A DNA stretch of 64,000 nucleotides from Limnohabitans sp. Lineage in GTDB: Bacteria > Pseudomonadota > Gammaproteobacteria > Burkholderiales > Burkholderiaceae_C. The position numbers and the translations under genes are program-made. The notes beneath the pieces were generated by a model. It did not search any database and had not been told where the DNA came from. It was given only the letters and a program-made list of their open reading frames with translations. Below are positions 19,230 to 34,045 of the stretch, one piece after another. Each line of letters opens with the position of its first letter. Positions within the stretch are counted from its first letter, which is position 1. The DNA lies in the NCBI GenBank assembly GCA_018882835.1, contig VERE01000001.1:108271-172270 (forward strand), written 5' to 3'.

Positions 19230-21200
19230 TTACACATCAATTTCAATGGCGTCGCCGTGCAGCTCCATCAGCTCGCGGCGGGCGGCGGCTTCCCCTTTGC
19301 CCATCAGCTGGGTCATCAGGGACTCGGTTTGGCCAAAATCCAGGTCGCCCAATTGCACCGGCATCAGGCGGCGCGTGTCGGGGTTGAGCGTGGTTTCCCA
19401 CAATTGCTCGGCGTTCATTTCGCCCAAGCCCTTGAAGCGGCTGATGGACCAGGCGTTCTCTCGCACGCCATCCTTGCGCAATTTGTCCAGGATGGCGGTG
19501 AGCTCGCCTTCGTCGAGGGCATACATTTTGGTGGCAGGTTTTTTGCCACGCGCCGGTGCATCCACGCGGAACAAGGGCGGGCGCGCCACAAACACATGGC
19601 CGGCTTCAATGAGCTTGGGAAAGTGGCGGAAAAACAGGGTGAGCAACAGCACTTGAATGTGCGAGCCGTCCACATCGGCATCACTCAGAATGCAAACCTT
19701 GCCATAGCGCAGGCCCGACAGGTCAGGGCTGTCCTGCGGACCATGCGGGTCAACGCCGATTGCCACCGAAATATCGTGTATTTCGGTATTGGCAAACAGG
19801 CGATCCCGCTCCACTTCCCAGGTGTTCAGCACCTTGCCACGCAGGGGCAAAATGGCCTGTGACTCTTTGTCGCGCCCCATCTTGGCGCTGCCACCGGCAC
19901 TGTCGCCCTCCACCAAGAACACTTCGTTGTGCGCCAGGTCACGGCTTTCACAATCTGTCAGCTTGCCCGGCAACACCGCCACGCCTGAGCCTTTGCGCTT
20001 TTCCACTTTCTGGCCCGCACGCTGTCGGGTCTGCGCGGCGCGAATAGCCAACTCGGCCAGCTTGCGCCCATATTCGACGTGCTGGTTAAGCCACAGTTCG
20101 AGCGCCGGACGCACAAAGTTGGACACCAGGCGCACCGCATCACGGGAGTTGAGGCGCTCTTTGATTTGCCCCTGGAACTGGGGATCCAGCACCTTGGCGC
20201 TGAGCACATAGCTGGCGCGCGCAAACACATCTTCGGGCAGCAACTTGACGCCCTTGGGGAGCAAGGCGTGCAGGTCAATGAAGCTCTTGACTGCGTTGAA
20301 CAAGCCATCGCGCAGTCCGCTCTCATGGGTGCCACCGGCCGAAGTGGGTATCAGGTTGACATAACTTTCGCGCACAGGTTGGCCGTCTTCTGTGAACGCC
20401 ACGCACCAGGCTGCGCCCTCACCGTCCGCAAAACTTTCATGGCTGCCATCGGCATAACCCTCGCCTTCGAACAAAGGAATCACGGCATCGGCTGTCAAGG
20501 TTTGTTGCAGGTAGTCGCGCAGGCCGCCTTTGTAGAGCCAGGTTTGGGACTCGCGGGTTTTCTCGTTGACCAAGGTGACGCTGACGCCTGGCATCAGCAC
20601 CGCTTTGCTGCGCAACAGGTGCGTCAACTCGGCCATGGGCAAAGCAGCGCTTTCGAAATACTTGGCGTCGGGCCAAGCGCGCACTGTTGTGCCCTGACGT
20701 CGATCGTCGGCCCCTGCGGGGCGGACCTTCAAGGCTTGGGTCACATCGCCGCCTTCAAACACCAGGTGTGCCACCTGGCCTTCGCGGTAAGAGATGGCTT
20801 CCATGCGCTTGGACAAGGCATTGGTCACGCTCACGCCCACGCCGTGCAAGCCGCCGGAAAAACTGTAGGCGCCGCCTTGACCCTTGTCGAATTTGCCCCC
20901 CGCGTGCAAGCGGGTGAAGACCAACTCGATGACGGGGGCTTTTTCTTCGGGATGAATCCCAAAGGGGATGCCCCGACCATCGTCTTCCACGCTGACCGAG
21001 CCATCGGCATGCAAGGTGACCTTGATTTTTTTGCCATGACCGGCCAATGCCTCATCTGCAGCGTTGTCCAGCACCTCCTGAATGATGTGCAGGGGGTTGT
21101 CTGTCCGGGTGTACATGCCGGGACGCTGTTTGACCGGCTCGAGTCCCTTTAAAACCCGGATCGAGCCTTCGGAATAATCTGTAGGTTGCTTGGTTGCCAT
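19230..21200 (-). CDS. parE: DNA topoisomerase IV subunit B
   Basis: [43 protein letters not shown]; ATG at 21200. Confidence 0.96.
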   Translation of the reverse strand: MATKQPTDYSEGSIRVLKGLEPVKQRPGMYTRTDNPLHIIQEVLDNAADEALAGHGKKIKVTLHADGSVSVEDDGRGIPFGIHPEEKAPVIELVFTRLHAGGKFDKGQGGAYSFSGGLHGVGVSVTNALSKRMEAISYREGQVAHLVFEGGDVTQALKVRPAGADDRRQGTTVRAWPDAKYFESAALPMAELTHLLRSKAVLMPGVSVTLVNEKTRESQTWLYKGGLRDYLQQTLTADAVIPLFEGEGYADGSHESFADGEGAAWCVAFTEDGQPVRESYVNLIPTSAGGTHESGLRDGLFNAVKSFIDLHALLPKGVKLLPEDVFARASYVLSAKVLDPQFQGQIKERLNSRDAVRLVSNFVRPALELWLNQHVEYGRKLAELAIRAAQTRQRAGQKVEKRKGSGVAVLPGKLTDCESRDLAHNEVFLVEGDSAGGSAKMGRDKESQAILPLRGKVLNTWEVERDRLFANTEIHDISVAIGVDPHGPQDSPDLSGLRYGKVCILSDADVDGSHIQVLLLTLFFRHFPKLIEAGHVFVARPPLFRVDAPARGKKPATKMYALDEGELTAILDKLRKDGVRENAWSISRFKGLGEMNAEQLWETTLNPDTRRLMPVQLGDLDFGQTESLMTQLMGKGEAAARRELMELHGDAIEIDV

Positions 21201-21302
21201 GGACGGCGATTGTAGCGATGCCTGGACAAAAGACTGGATGAATTCACAGGCCGTTACGGGCAAACCCTGAAAGTTTTGGCGCAATTCGTTACAGTTGATG
21301 CC

Positions 21303-22514
21303 ATGAAAGCTTCCTATTCCCCGTTGCCCGTGTGGCAAGTTCTGCTGTGTGGTGCCGCCATCCTGACCCTGTCGATGGGCGTCCGTCATGGCTTTGGCCT
21401 GTGGCTGCAACCCATGACACAGGCGCAAAACTGGTCACGCGAAAACTTCGCTTTCGCCATAGCGATCCAAAACCTGACCTGGGGCTTTGCAGGTATTTTT
21501 TCAGGCATGCTGGCTGACCGCTATGGCGCTTTTCGGGTGCTGCTGGTCTGCGGGCTGCTCTATACCCTGGGCCTTTTTGGCATGTCTGCCTCTGCCACGC
21601 CCGAACTGTTCACCTTGACTGGCGGCATTGTGATCGGCATCGCGCAAGCGGGCACCACCTACGCCGTGATCTACGGTGTCATTGGCCGCAACATTCCTGT
21701 GGAAAAACGCTCTTGGGCCATGGGTGTCGCGGCCGCCGCCGGCTCTTTCGGGCAATTTTTGATGGTCCCCACCGAAGGCTGGTTGATCCAGTATTTCGGC
21801 TGGCAAATGGCCTTGGTGGTGTTGGGCATGCTGTCATTGCTGACCTTGCCGTTGGCGCTTGGATTGCGTGAGCCATCCCTGAATGTGCATGGCGGCCAGC
21901 ACCGACAGCCTATCGGCGAAGCCCTGCGCGAAGCCTTTGGCTACCGCAGCTTTCAGTTGTTGATGGCGGGTTATTTTGTGTGCGGCTTTCAGGTGGTCTT
22001 CATTGCAGTACACATGCCCAGTTACTTGAAAGACCATGGTTTGGCGCCAGAGGTTGCCAGTTATGCGCTGGCCTTGATCGGGTTGTTCAACGTGTTTGGC
22101 ACTTACGCTGCAGGGGTGTTGGGCCAAAAATTTCTCAAAACCCACATCCTGGCGGCCATCTATTTCTTGCGGGCGCTGGCCATTGTGGTGTTCATGCTGG
22201 CCCCGTTAACGCCGCTCAGCGTTTACATTTTCTCCAGCTTCATGGGGTTGTTGTGGCTGTCCACTGTGCCCCCGACCAACGCAGTCATTGCCCAAATATT
22301 TGGCATCGCCCATATGTCCATGCTGGGTGGCTTTGTATTCATGAGCCACCAGGTCGGCAGCTTCATGGGAGTCTGGCTGGGCGGCGTCCTATACGACCTG
22401 ACCGGCAAATACGACAGCGTCTGGTACCTGGCCATCGCGCTGGGCATCTTTGCGGGCATGATCAATTTGCCCGTGCGCGAAACCGCCATTCCACGTCAAC
22501 CGCAAACCGCATGA
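21303..22514 (+). CDS. MFS transporter
   Basis: About 12 hydrophobic segments, motif A GMLADRYG. Confidence 0.9.
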   Translation: MKASYSPLPVWQVLLCGAAILTLSMGVRHGFGLWLQPMTQAQNWSRENFAFAIAIQNLTWGFAGIFSGMLADRYGAFRVLLVCGLLYTLGLFGMSASATPELFTLTGGIVIGIAQAGTTYAVIYGVIGRNIPVEKRSWAMGVAAAAGSFGQFLMVPTEGWLIQYFGWQMALVVLGMLSLLTLPLALGLREPSLNVHGGQHRQPIGEALREAFGYRSFQLLMAGYFVCGFQVVFIAVHMPSYLKDHGLAPEVASYALALIGLFNVFGTYAAGVLGQKFLKTHILAAIYFLRALAIVVFMLAPLTPLSVYIFSSFMGLLWLSTVPPTNAVIAQIFGIAHMSMLGGFVFMSHQVGSFMGVWLGGVLYDLTGKYDSVWYLAIALGIFAGMINLPVRETAIPRQPQTA

Positions 22515-22636
22515 AAGCACACCACCGCTTGCTGATCGTCAGCAGTGCCTTGCTGGTGCTGTTGGCGGTCTTTTCTCTTTACCTTCGCCCCAGTTTTTTG
22601 GTGACCCTGGCCGATCAACTCTGGGCCTGTTTCTAG
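22511..22636 (+). CDS. Small single-TM hypothetical protein (41 aa)
   Basis: ATGA overlap with the MFS stop; MKAHHRLLIVSSALLVLLAVFSLYLRPSFLVTLADQLWACF fills the gap before the next gene. Confidence 0.65.
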   Translation: MKAHHRLLIVSSALLVLLAVFSLYLRPSFLVTLADQLWACF

Positions 22637-22643
22637 ACACCTC

Positions 22644-23204
22644 ATGCGCCTTGTTCACGGAACCGAAGCGCCCTCTTCTTGGGTTTGCCAATGGGCGCAT
22701 CTCATTGCGCCCGGCGGGCGTGTACTGGATGTGGCCTGCGGTCACGGCCGCCACATGCAGTGGCTACATGCGCAAGGCTTTCAAGTGGTCGGCGTAGACC
22801 GCCAGCCGGAGGCCATCGCCCATGTGAGAACCTATGGCGAAGCCCTGCTGGCCGACATTGAGAACGGACCCTGGCCCTTGGCTGGCCAGCAGTTTGATGC
22901 GCTGGTGGTCACCAATTATTTGTGGCGCCCCCTGTGGCCACGGCTGCTTGAGAGCCTGGCCCCTGGCGGCATCTTGATTTATGAAACCTTTGCCATGGGG
23001 CAAGAAACCATTGGCAAGCCCTCGCGGCACGAGTTTTTGCTTCGCCCGGGCGAATTGCTGAGCCTGTGCCAGTCACTGCGGGTGATTGCCTACGAGGATG
23101 GCTTCCAGCCATCACCCCCCCGCTTTGTCCAGCACATTGTGGCGCGGCGCGAAAGTTCGGGCGACAGCTCTCCCGTTCGGCTTGCGCTCTCGTTAGAATG
23201 CTAA
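22644..23204 (+). CDS. Class I SAM-dependent methyltransferase
   Basis: [23 protein letters not shown]. Confidence 0.88.
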   Translation: MRLVHGTEAPSSWVCQWAHLIAPGGRVLDVACGHGRHMQWLHAQGFQVVGVDRQPEAIAHVRTYGEALLADIENGPWPLAGQQFDALVVTNYLWRPLWPRLLESLAPGGILIYETFAMGQETIGKPSRHEFLLRPGELLSLCQSLRVIAYEDGFQPSPPRFVQHIVARRESSGDSSPVRLALSLEC

Positions 23205-23226
23205 TTTACCCACCAAACTGGCTGAC

Positions 23227-24108
23227 ATGACCCCCATCACCGGCAGCATCGTGGCGCTGGCCACCCCCATGCACGAAGACGGCAGCGTGGATTACCCCGC
23301 GCTGCGCAAGCTCATCGACTGGCACATCGCCGAAGGCACCGACTGCATTTGCGTGGTCGGCACCACCGGCGAATCGCCGACTGTCAACGTGGAAGAGCAT
23401 TGCGAAATCATCCGCGTGAGCGTGGCGCAGGCCGCCAAACGGGTGCCCATCATGGCGGGCTGTGGCGCCAACTCCACCGCCGAAGCGATCGAGCTGACAC
23501 GCTTCGCTAAAAGCGTAGGCGCAGACTGTCAACTGCAGGTGGTGCCCTACTACAACCGTCCGACCCAAGAAGGCCAGTACCAGCATTTCAAGGCCATTGC
23601 CGAAGCGGTCGAACTGCCGATGGTGCTCTACAACGTGCCTGGCCGGACAGTTGCCGACATGCAGCACGACACGGTGCTTCGCCTGGCAAAAGTCCCTGGC
23701 ATCGTCGGCATCAAGGAAGCCACTGGCAACATCGAACGCGCTCAATGGCTGATTCGGGATGTGCCCTCGAGCTTCTCTGTGTACTCTGGCGATGACCCTA
23801 CGGCGGTTGCCCTGATGTTGTGCGGCGGCAAAGGCAATGTGAGCGTCACGGCCAACATCGCGCCCCGACAAATGCACGAGCTTTGCAAAGCCGCCTTGTC
23901 TGGCGACGTTGCGCGCGCCATGGCGATTCAATTCAAATTGATGCCCGTTCATAAGAATCTCTTTGTCGAAGCCAATCCGATTCCCTTGAAATGGGCCATG
24001 GCCCGCATGGGACTTTGCGGGCCTGCCCTGCGCCTGCCCCTGACCGCGATGTCAAAGTCGTTTGAACCCACTGTCGAAGCCGCCCTGCGCGACAGCGGTC
24101 TGATTTGA
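23227..24108 (+). CDS. dapA: 4-hydroxy-tetrahydrodipicolinate synthase
   Basis: [24 protein letters not shown]. Confidence 0.96.
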   Translation: MTPITGSIVALATPMHEDGSVDYPALRKLIDWHIAEGTDCICVVGTTGESPTVNVEEHCEIIRVSVAQAAKRVPIMAGCGANSTAEAIELTRFAKSVGADCQLQVVPYYNRPTQEGQYQHFKAIAEAVELPMVLYNVPGRTVADMQHDTVLRLAKVPGIVGIKEATGNIERAQWLIRDVPSSFSVYSGDDPTAVALMLCGGKGNVSVTANIAPRQMHELCKAALSGDVARAMAIQFKLMPVHKNLFVEANPIPLKWAMARMGLCGPALRLPLTAMSKSFEPTVEAALRDSGLI

Positions 24109-24124
24109 AACCCAAGGACTTGTC

Positions 24125-25228
24125 GTGATACGTCAACGTGAAACTTCCCTGCGCGTGGCCAGTTTGTGTGCCGTGCTAGGCCTCTTGAGTGCCTGCTCGA
24201 CCACGTTTGACAGCGAGAAGGTCAATTACAAATCCACCGCCAGTGCCAAACCTGTTGCACTGGAAGTGCCTCCAGACCTCAGCCAACTTGCACGAGACAC
24301 ACGCTATGCGGTGCCAGCCGGCGCTGTGTCTGCCACATCCTTGGAAGCCAGCAAGAAAACCCTGGGCTCCATGGTCAGCCCCAATGTGCTGGGGGACGTC
24401 AAGATGGAGCGCGCTGGCGCACAACGCTGGATCAGTGTTCAACGCCCGGCCGACAAAGTGTGGCCCGTAGTGAAAGATTTTTGGCAAGAGAACGGCTTCA
24501 CCTATGTTCAGGAGCAGCAAAACCTGGGCCTGTTAGAAACCGAATGGGCAGAAAACCGCGCCAAATTGCCACAAGACTTCATCCGTCGGGCTTTGGGCAA
24601 GGTCCTGGATTCTCTCTACTCCACTGGCGAGCGCGACAAATTCAAAACCCGCATTGACTCCGCCAATGACAACCTGACCGAAATTTTCATCAGTCACCGA
24701 GGCATGGTGGAGGTTTACAGCAACGCCGACAAAACGTCCACCATGTGGCAACCACGCCCCTCGGACAGTGCCCTGGAAAACGAATTCCTTCGCCGCCTGA
24801 TGATTCGTTTGGGCAGTTCGGTTGAACAAGCCAACCAAGCCGTTGCCAACGAAGCAATGCAACCCCTGGCCGTGTTGTCCACCACGGCAGGCAAGCCCCA
24901 GATCGACTTTTCAGCAAGCTTTGACATTGCCTGGCGACGCGTAGGTGTTGCACTAGACCGCACGGGCTTCACTGTGGAAGACCGTGACCGCAAACAAGGC
25001 CTTTACTTCGTTCGCTATGTCGACAAGCCCGACGAGAAAAAAGAGACCGGCTTTTTTGGCCGCCTTTTCAGCAGCAGCGCAGGTCCAGCAACCCCCGTGC
25101 GCTACCGTGTGCGCCTCACCGATGCAGGCAACAGCACCCGCATCAGCGTGTTGAATGCCGCTGGCGAAGAAGATACCAGCCCCGTGGCACAGCGCATCGC
25201 CCAGTTGCTGGTAGACGATCTGAAGTAA
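24125..25228 (+). CDS. bamC: Outer membrane assembly lipoprotein BamC
   Basis: Lipobox LSAC, LEVPPDL, ETEWAENRAK; canonical position after dapA. Confidence 0.9.
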   Translation: MIRQRETSLRVASLCAVLGLLSACSTTFDSEKVNYKSTASAKPVALEVPPDLSQLARDTRYAVPAGAVSATSLEASKKTLGSMVSPNVLGDVKMERAGAQRWISVQRPADKVWPVVKDFWQENGFTYVQEQQNLGLLETEWAENRAKLPQDFIRRALGKVLDSLYSTGERDKFKTRIDSANDNLTEIFISHRGMVEVYSNADKTSTMWQPRPSDSALENEFLRRLMIRLGSSVEQANQAVANEAMQPLAVLSTTAGKPQIDFSASFDIAWRRVGVALDRTGFTVEDRDRKQGLYFVRYVDKPDEKKETGFFGRLFSSSAGPATPVRYRVRLTDAGNSTRISVLNAAGEEDTSPVAQRIAQLLVDDLK

Positions 25229-25231
25229 GCC

Positions 25232-26017
25232 TTGCTGCGCTTCAAGAACCTGGGCAGTGGCAGCGCAGGCAATGCCACTTTGGTGGAAGCGCGTGATGGC
25301 CTGCAAGTCAGCCGCTTGTTGATTGACTGTGGCTTGCGTGTTCCAGAACTCCGGCGGCGACTGCAAGCGATCGACCTTCAGTTGAGTGACTTGCAAGGTC
25401 TCTTCGTGACCCACGAACACAGCGACCATGTCGGTCATGCTCGCCGTTTCGCGCAAGAAACAGGCTTGCCCCTTTGGATGAGTGAAGGCACACGCCTGGC
25501 CTGCCAGGCAAACGAATGGAAACTTGCGCCCGATCAACTCAGAGTCGCGCGCGACAGCGTGACGATTGACTTGGGCGCACTGGAGCTTTCACCCTTCACA
25601 GTGCCGCACGACGCGCGCGAACCCCTGCAATTGCGATGCAGCGACGGTGACCGCAGCCTGGGCGTTCTGACCGATCTGGGGCATGCCAGTTCGCACGTGA
25701 TCCAGTCCCTGCGAGGCTGCCACGCGCTGTTGCTGGAAGCCAACCATGACAGGGACATGCTCAGCCGCTCCAGCTACCCAGCCTTTTTGCGCAAAAGGAT
25801 TGCAGGTCCCCTGGGCCATTTATCCAACGAGGATGCGGCGGCCTTGCTTCACGCAGTCTGTCATCCAGCGCTGAGCTGTGTGGTTGCAGCCCATCTCAGC
25901 GAGCGCAACAACTCGCCTGCGCTTGCGCAAGCCGCCTTCAGCGACGTCTTGGGCTGCAGCGCCGACGCCATCCCCGTCGCTGATCCTGAAACGGGATCAG
26001 ATTGGCATCGCGCATGA
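25232..26017 (+). CDS. MBL-fold metallo-hydrolase (YycJ-like)
   Basis: GSGSAGN, THEHSDH, VPHDA, HLSN, AHLSE. Confidence 0.9.
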   Translation: MLRFKNLGSGSAGNATLVEARDGLQVSRLLIDCGLRVPELRRRLQAIDLQLSDLQGLFVTHEHSDHVGHARRFAQETGLPLWMSEGTRLACQANEWKLAPDQLRVARDSVTIDLGALELSPFTVPHDAREPLQLRCSDGDRSLGVLTDLGHASSHVIQSLRGCHALLLEANHDRDMLSRSSYPAFLRKRIAGPLGHLSNEDAAALLHAVCHPALSCVVAAHLSERNNSPALAQAAFSDVLGCSADAIPVADPETGSDWHRA

Positions 26018-26041
26018 AAAAAGCCACCCGAAGGTGGCTTT
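26017..26041. terminator. Intrinsic terminator between convergent genes
   Basis: AAAGCCACC-CGAA-GGTGGCTTT hairpin; A-run on the left gives a U-tract for the minus-strand transcript. Confidence 0.8.
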
Positions 26042-26060
26042 GGCGTGATCGATGAATCGA

Positions 26061-26270
26061 TTACTTCTTGTCGCCAGCGGGAGCAGGCGTGGGCGCAGCA
26101 GGAGCGGCAGAGGCGTCAGCGGCGGGGGCTGCGGGGGCAGCAGAAGCGTCGGCAGCAGGAGCGGGCGCTGCGGCGGGAGCAGGTGCGGCGGCAGGCGCGG
26201 CTTCTTCTTTTTTGCCACAAGCAACCAGGGCAGCGGCCAACAGGGTAGCCAACAGGAGGGATTTTTTCAT
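26061..26270 (-). CDS. Small Ala/Pro-rich repeat lipoprotein (H.8/Lip-like)
   Basis: MKKS signal, lipobox LVAC, APAAAP/ADASAAP repeats, AAAGGA RBS, downstream terminator. Confidence 0.85.
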   Translation of the reverse strand: MKKSLLLATLLAAALVACGKKEEAAPAAAPAPAAAPAPAADASAAPAAPAADASAAPAAPTPAPAGDKK

Positions 26271-26415
26271 GATGATTCCTTTTGAGAAAAGACAAACAAT
26301 TTCCGGAAATTGTCACAACGAGGCGACAAAGCCAGTGGACTCTCGAGTTTTAACTGACCAGCCCTAAATTATAGGGTAATTACCAGATTGGTGCGGCCGG
26401 ATTGTCAGCGTGATG

Positions 26416-27558
26416 TCATGGAGAGTAGGCGCTTTTTCCGTGAACCCAGCCTGCGGCACACCAATCCCGGAGCAAATCACGGGCCCCCTGGCTACTTTTG
26501 GCCAGCTGTTGTGGGGACAAGGCCCGCTGGTCAGCCAGTGCGCGCATCAAACGCGCATCGGCACCGGATGCCCGCCAGCTTTCACCATTCAGATAAATGT
26601 GCGTATCGTCATACAACATGCGGCTTCTTCTGTCCAAAACCACGCCGCCTGAGGGCAAGTTCTCCGTCCCTGGCTGAAACCAAACTTGGGGCTTGGGCTC
26701 TGACAAGCTTTCCCCCAAAGCGCGTTGCCAACGGTGCGGATCCTTGAGCAAAGCTTGCAAAGCAGTGTGTGCAAAGTTTTGCAAAGACTGGGGGATTTCG
26801 CCTGGTGAGGCCGTCGCGGGTTGGCCCGCATCTTTGTAAATTCGGTCATCCAGGGCTTCATCCGCCTGGTCGGCCAAGCGCTGCAACAGATCGCGCGCCA
26901 CCTCGTCTTGCTTGGGCGCGCGAAAGCCCACGGAGTAGGTCATGCACTCGCCTTCTGCGATGCCGTCATGCGCATACCGCGGCGGGAGGTAGAGCATGTC
27001 TCCCGGCGCCAACACATACTCGGCCTCGGGCTCAAAGTTGGCAAGGATTTTCAGGGGCGTGTCGTCTCGCAAATGAAGCGCCTTTTGACGGCCGATCCGC
27101 CAGCGCCTGTGACCCTGTGCTTGCAGCAAAAACACATCGTAGCTGTCAAAGTGGGGACCGACCCCACCTTGGTCGGTGGCGTAGCTGATCATGAGGTCAT
27201 CCAGCCGGGCCGCTGGCACAAAGCGAAAGTCTTTCAATAGGTCGGCCACCGATGGCACATGCAAATCAACTCCTTGCACCAGCAACGTCCAGCCCGGCTT
27301 GGAAAACGCTGGCAAAGCACGTCGCTCAAACGGCCCAGCACGCAATCGCCACGGAGTGCGCCCAGGCTCTTCGCACATGACCAGGCGTGACTCAACGTCC
27401 TCCTGCCCGGCCAAGGACAACAATTCATTGCGCGACAAAGGCGCCTTGAAGTCCGCGAAGGCCTGTCGCACCAGCAAGGGCTTGCGCTGCCAGTGGCGCT
27501 TCATGAATTGCGCCGGCGTCAAACCGCCCAGCAAGCGAAGGGGTTGGTCAATGTCCAC
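26416..27558 (-). CDS. JmjC/cupin oxygenase, RoxA/YcfD-like (L16 hydroxylase family)
   Basis: GVGPHFDSYDVFLLQ, PGDMLYLPP..AHDG, YSVGFRAP; GTG start estimated. Confidence 0.88.
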   Translation of the reverse strand: MDIDQPLRLLGGLTPAQFMKRHWQRKPLLVRQAFADFKAPLSRNELLSLAGQEDVESRLVMCEEPGRTPWRLRAGPFERRALPAFSKPGWTLLVQGVDLHVPSVADLLKDFRFVPAARLDDLMISYATDQGGVGPHFDSYDVFLLQAQGHRRWRIGRQKALHLRDDTPLKILANFEPEAEYVLAPGDMLYLPPRYAHDGIAEGECMTYSVGFRAPKQDEVARDLLQRLADQADEALDDRIYKDAGQPATASPGEIPQSLQNFAHTALQALLKDPHRWQRALGESLSEPKPQVWFQPGTENLPSGGVVLDRRSRMLYDDTHIYLNGESWRASGADARLMRALADQRALSPQQLAKSSQGARDLLRDWCAAGWVHGKSAYSP

Positions 27559-27597
27559 GGTGAAGTCACTTTCTTGAAACTGCGACAATTCTGCCCC

Positions 27598-28095
27598 ATG
27601 AACATTTCACAACATTGCGTGGTCGCCCTGACCTGGACGCTCAAAGACACTTTGGGTGAAGTACTGGACGAACTTGACGAGCCCGTCGAGTTTTTGGTGG
27701 GGGGCCACGATTTGCTGGAAAAAATTGAAGAAGCCCTGCAAGGCCACGAGGTGGGCGCCAAGGTAGACCTGCACCTCGAACCAGAAGACGCTTTTGGCGA
27801 TTACGACGAGCAAAAAGTTTTTCTGGAAGACCGCGCGCGCTTCCCCAAAGATCTGGAAGAAGGCATGACCTTCGAAGGTCACGCCTTGCCCGCCGGCTGC
27901 AACCCCGACGCTCCCCTGAACCTCATCTACACCGTCACGGAAATTTACCCTGAGCATGTGGTGCTCGACGGCAACCACCCCCTCGCCGGCATCGCCCTGC
28001 GCATCCACCTGCACGTCGCCGGCATCCGCGAAGCCACCGAAGAAGAACAAGCCCAAGCCTCCCTCGGCGTCGGCTTCTTTGGGGTCAGGTCTTGA
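27598..28095 (+). CDS. slyD: FKBP-type peptidyl-prolyl isomerase, SlyD-like
   Basis: LEPEDAFG, VLDGNHPLAG, IREATEEE; C-terminus GVRS* comes from the repeat. Confidence 0.88.
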   Translation: MNISQHCVVALTWTLKDTLGEVLDELDEPVEFLVGGHDLLEKIEEALQGHEVGAKVDLHLEPEDAFGDYDEQKVFLEDRARFPKDLEEGMTFEGHALPAGCNPDAPLNLIYTVTEIYPEHVVLDGNHPLAGIALRIHLHVAGIREATEEEQAQASLGVGFFGVRS

Positions 28096-28119
28096 GTTTT
28101 GCCCAGGATCTGTGGATAA
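28081..28119. repeat. Half copy of the palindromic element with one DnaA box
   Basis: GGGGTCAGGTCTTGAGTTTTGCC identical to full arms, variant 6-nt linker, then CTGTGGATAA (box 28111-28119). Confidence 0.9.
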
Positions 28120-28131
28120 GTTGGTGCGGCA

Positions 28132-28581
28132 TCAGCACTTCCCAGTCGAGCCGTAACCCCCTTCGCCACGTTCAGTGGCCGCAGAAAACGCGTTCACCAC
28201 ATTGAACTGTGCCTGCACCACAGGCACGATGACCAACTGGGCCAAGCGCTCCATAGGCTCCAAAGTGAACGCTACATCGCTGCGATTCCAGGCGCTGACC
28301 ATCAATTGACCTTGGTAATCGCTGTCGATCAGCCCGACCAGGTTGCCCAGCACAATGCCGTGCTTGTGCCCCAGGCCAGAGCGCGGCAAGATCAGTGCCG
28401 CATACCCCGGATCGGCCAAATGAATGGCGATCCCGGTAGGCACCAGCTGCCAGGCATTGGGTTGCAGCGTCAGCGGCGCATCCAGGCAAGCCCGCAAGTC
28501 CAAACCGGCACTGCCCGGCGTCGCATACTGAGGCAATTGATCCACCATGCGAGGATCAAGAATTTTCACATCCAGCTTCAT
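28132..28581 (-). CDS. dut: dUTP diphosphatase
   Basis: [32 protein letters not shown]. Confidence 0.96.
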   Translation of the reverse strand: MKLDVKILDPRMVDQLPQYATPGSAGLDLRACLDAPLTLQPNAWQLVPTGIAIHLADPGYAALILPRSGLGHKHGIVLGNLVGLIDSDYQGQLMVSAWNRSDVAFTLEPMERLAQLVIVPVVQAQFNVVNAFSAATERGEGGYGSTGKC

Positions 28582-28595
28582 CTGAAATCCTTGGG

Positions 28596-29810
28596 TCAAA
28601 CCGCCAGCCGGCGGGCAATGTCTTGCACCAGCAAGCGCGCCAGCTCAAGCTTGCTGGCATGCGGCAATTCTTTGGCGCCTTGGGCGTCCACCAGCAACAA
28701 GGCGTTGTCGTCTTGCCCAAAGGTGGCGGGACCGATGTTGCCCACCAGCAAGGGAACGCCCTTGCGTTCGCGTTTGGCTTTGGCATGGTTCAACAGGTCA
28801 TGGCTTTCTGCCGCGAAGCCCACGCAAAAAAGCGCCCCGCTTTGCGCCCGCTCAGACTGTGCCACACCGGCCAAAATATCGGGGTTCTCAGTAAAGCGCA
28901 AGGTCGGTGTCTGACCTGAGCCGTCTTTTTTGATTTTTTGATCGGCGGCCTGATCAGGTCGCCAATCAGCAACGGCGGCCGTCGCCACAAACACCTGGGC
29001 TGAAGGCACCGCAGCCATCACCGCTTCTTGCATCTCTCTTGCCGAGCGCACATTGACACGTTGCACCCCACGCGGCGTGGCCAAGCTGACAGGGCCGGCC
29101 ACCAAAGTGACCTGGGCACCCGCTTCCCTGGCCGCACGCGCAATGGCAAAACCCATTTTTCCGCTGGACAAGTTGGTGATGCCACGCACCGGGTCGATCG
29201 GTTCATAGGTTGGCCCGGCAGACACCAGGACAGAACGACCTTGCAACACCTTGGGCTGAAAAAAAGCGATCAGGTCTTCCAAAATTTCTTCGGGTTCGAG
29301 CATGCGACCGTCGCCCACCTCGCCACAGGCCTGGTCCCCTTGCCCCACCTCCAGCACATGCGTGCCATCCGCGCGCAACTGCGCGACATTGCGCTGGGTG
29401 GCCGGGTGGGCCCACATCTCGCGGTTCATGGCCGGCGCCAGCAAGAGGGGCACCTTGTCAAGGGGGCGCGCCAGGCACATCAGGCTGAGCAGATCGTCGG
29501 CGCGGCCATGCAACAGCTTGGCCATGAAGTCGGCACTCGCAGGGGCCACCAAAATTGCATCCGCTTCCCGCCCCAGGTTGATGTGGGCCATGTTGTTAGG
29601 CTCTCGGGCATCCCACTGGGAGACGTAGACCGGCCGGTTGGAGAGGGCCTGCATCGTCACGGGCGTCATGAATTGGGCCGCTGCTTCGGTCATGACCACC
29701 TGCACCGTGGCGCCGGCTTTGACCAGGGCGCGGCACAGTTCGGCTGCCTTATAGCAGGCAATTCCACCGCTCAGACCCAAAACAATGTGTTTTTCAGACA
29801 AATTCGTCAT
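28596..29810 (-). CDS. coaBC: Phosphopantothenoylcysteine decarboxylase/ligase
   Basis: [36 protein letters not shown]. Confidence 0.95.
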   Translation of the reverse strand: MTNLSEKHIVLGLSGGIACYKAAELCRALVKAGATVQVVMTEAAAQFMTPVTMQALSNRPVYVSQWDAREPNNMAHINLGREADAILVAPASADFMAKLLHGRADDLLSLMCLARPLDKVPLLLAPAMNREMWAHPATQRNVAQLRADGTHVLEVGQGDQACGEVGDGRMLEPEEILEDLIAFFQPKVLQGRSVLVSAGPTYEPIDPVRGITNLSSGKMGFAIARAAREAGAQVTLVAGPVSLATPRGVQRVNVRSAREMQEAVMAAVPSAQVFVATAAVADWRPDQAADQKIKKDGSGQTPTLRFTENPDILAGVAQSERAQSGALFCVGFAAESHDLLNHAKAKRERKGVPLLVGNIGPATFGQDDNALLLVDAQGAKELPHASKLELARLLVQDIARRLAV

Positions 29811-29838
29811 GGCTCGGAATGTAGCAGAGCGCCTATAA

Positions 29839-32402
<2,564 letters not shown>

Positions 32403-32423
32403 AGCGCAGACCCGGAGATCCGC

Positions 32424-32714
32424 ATGCCCAGCACCTACATTCTCGCCAACGTCAAGGTTACCAACCCGACGCAATACGAGGAATACCGCAAATGGTCGAC
32501 CGCCGCCATGCAAGCCTGCGGCGCTGAAGTGTGCGTGCGCGGTGGCGCTTTTGAAGTGATCGAAGGCGATTGGACGCCCGACCGTTTGGTCCTGTTGAAA
32601 TTTCCCACCAAAGAAGCCGCATGGGCTTTTTACAACTCGCCCGAATACACCCAGGCGCGCGCGGCCCGCGAAGGAGCCGCCATCATGCGCATGGTGATGG
32701 TCGAAGGGACTTGA
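32424..32714 (+). CDS. DUF1330 family protein
   Basis: VRGG..EVIEG, FPT.EAA..FYNSPEY pattern. Confidence 0.85.
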   Translation: MPSTYILANVKVTNPTQYEEYRKWSTAAMQACGAEVCVRGGAFEVIEGDWTPDRLVLLKFPTKEAAWAFYNSPEYTQARAAREGAAIMRMVMVEGT

Positions 32715-32736
32715 TTTTTATTTTTGAGAAAGCTGA

Positions 32737-34026
<1,290 letters not shown>

Positions 34027-34045
34027 ACCCGACTGAACAAACGCC

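Noticed and set aside
26068-26200. GC-rich short tandem repeats
   Set aside because: Explained by the Ala/Pro repeats of the lipoprotein coding sequence
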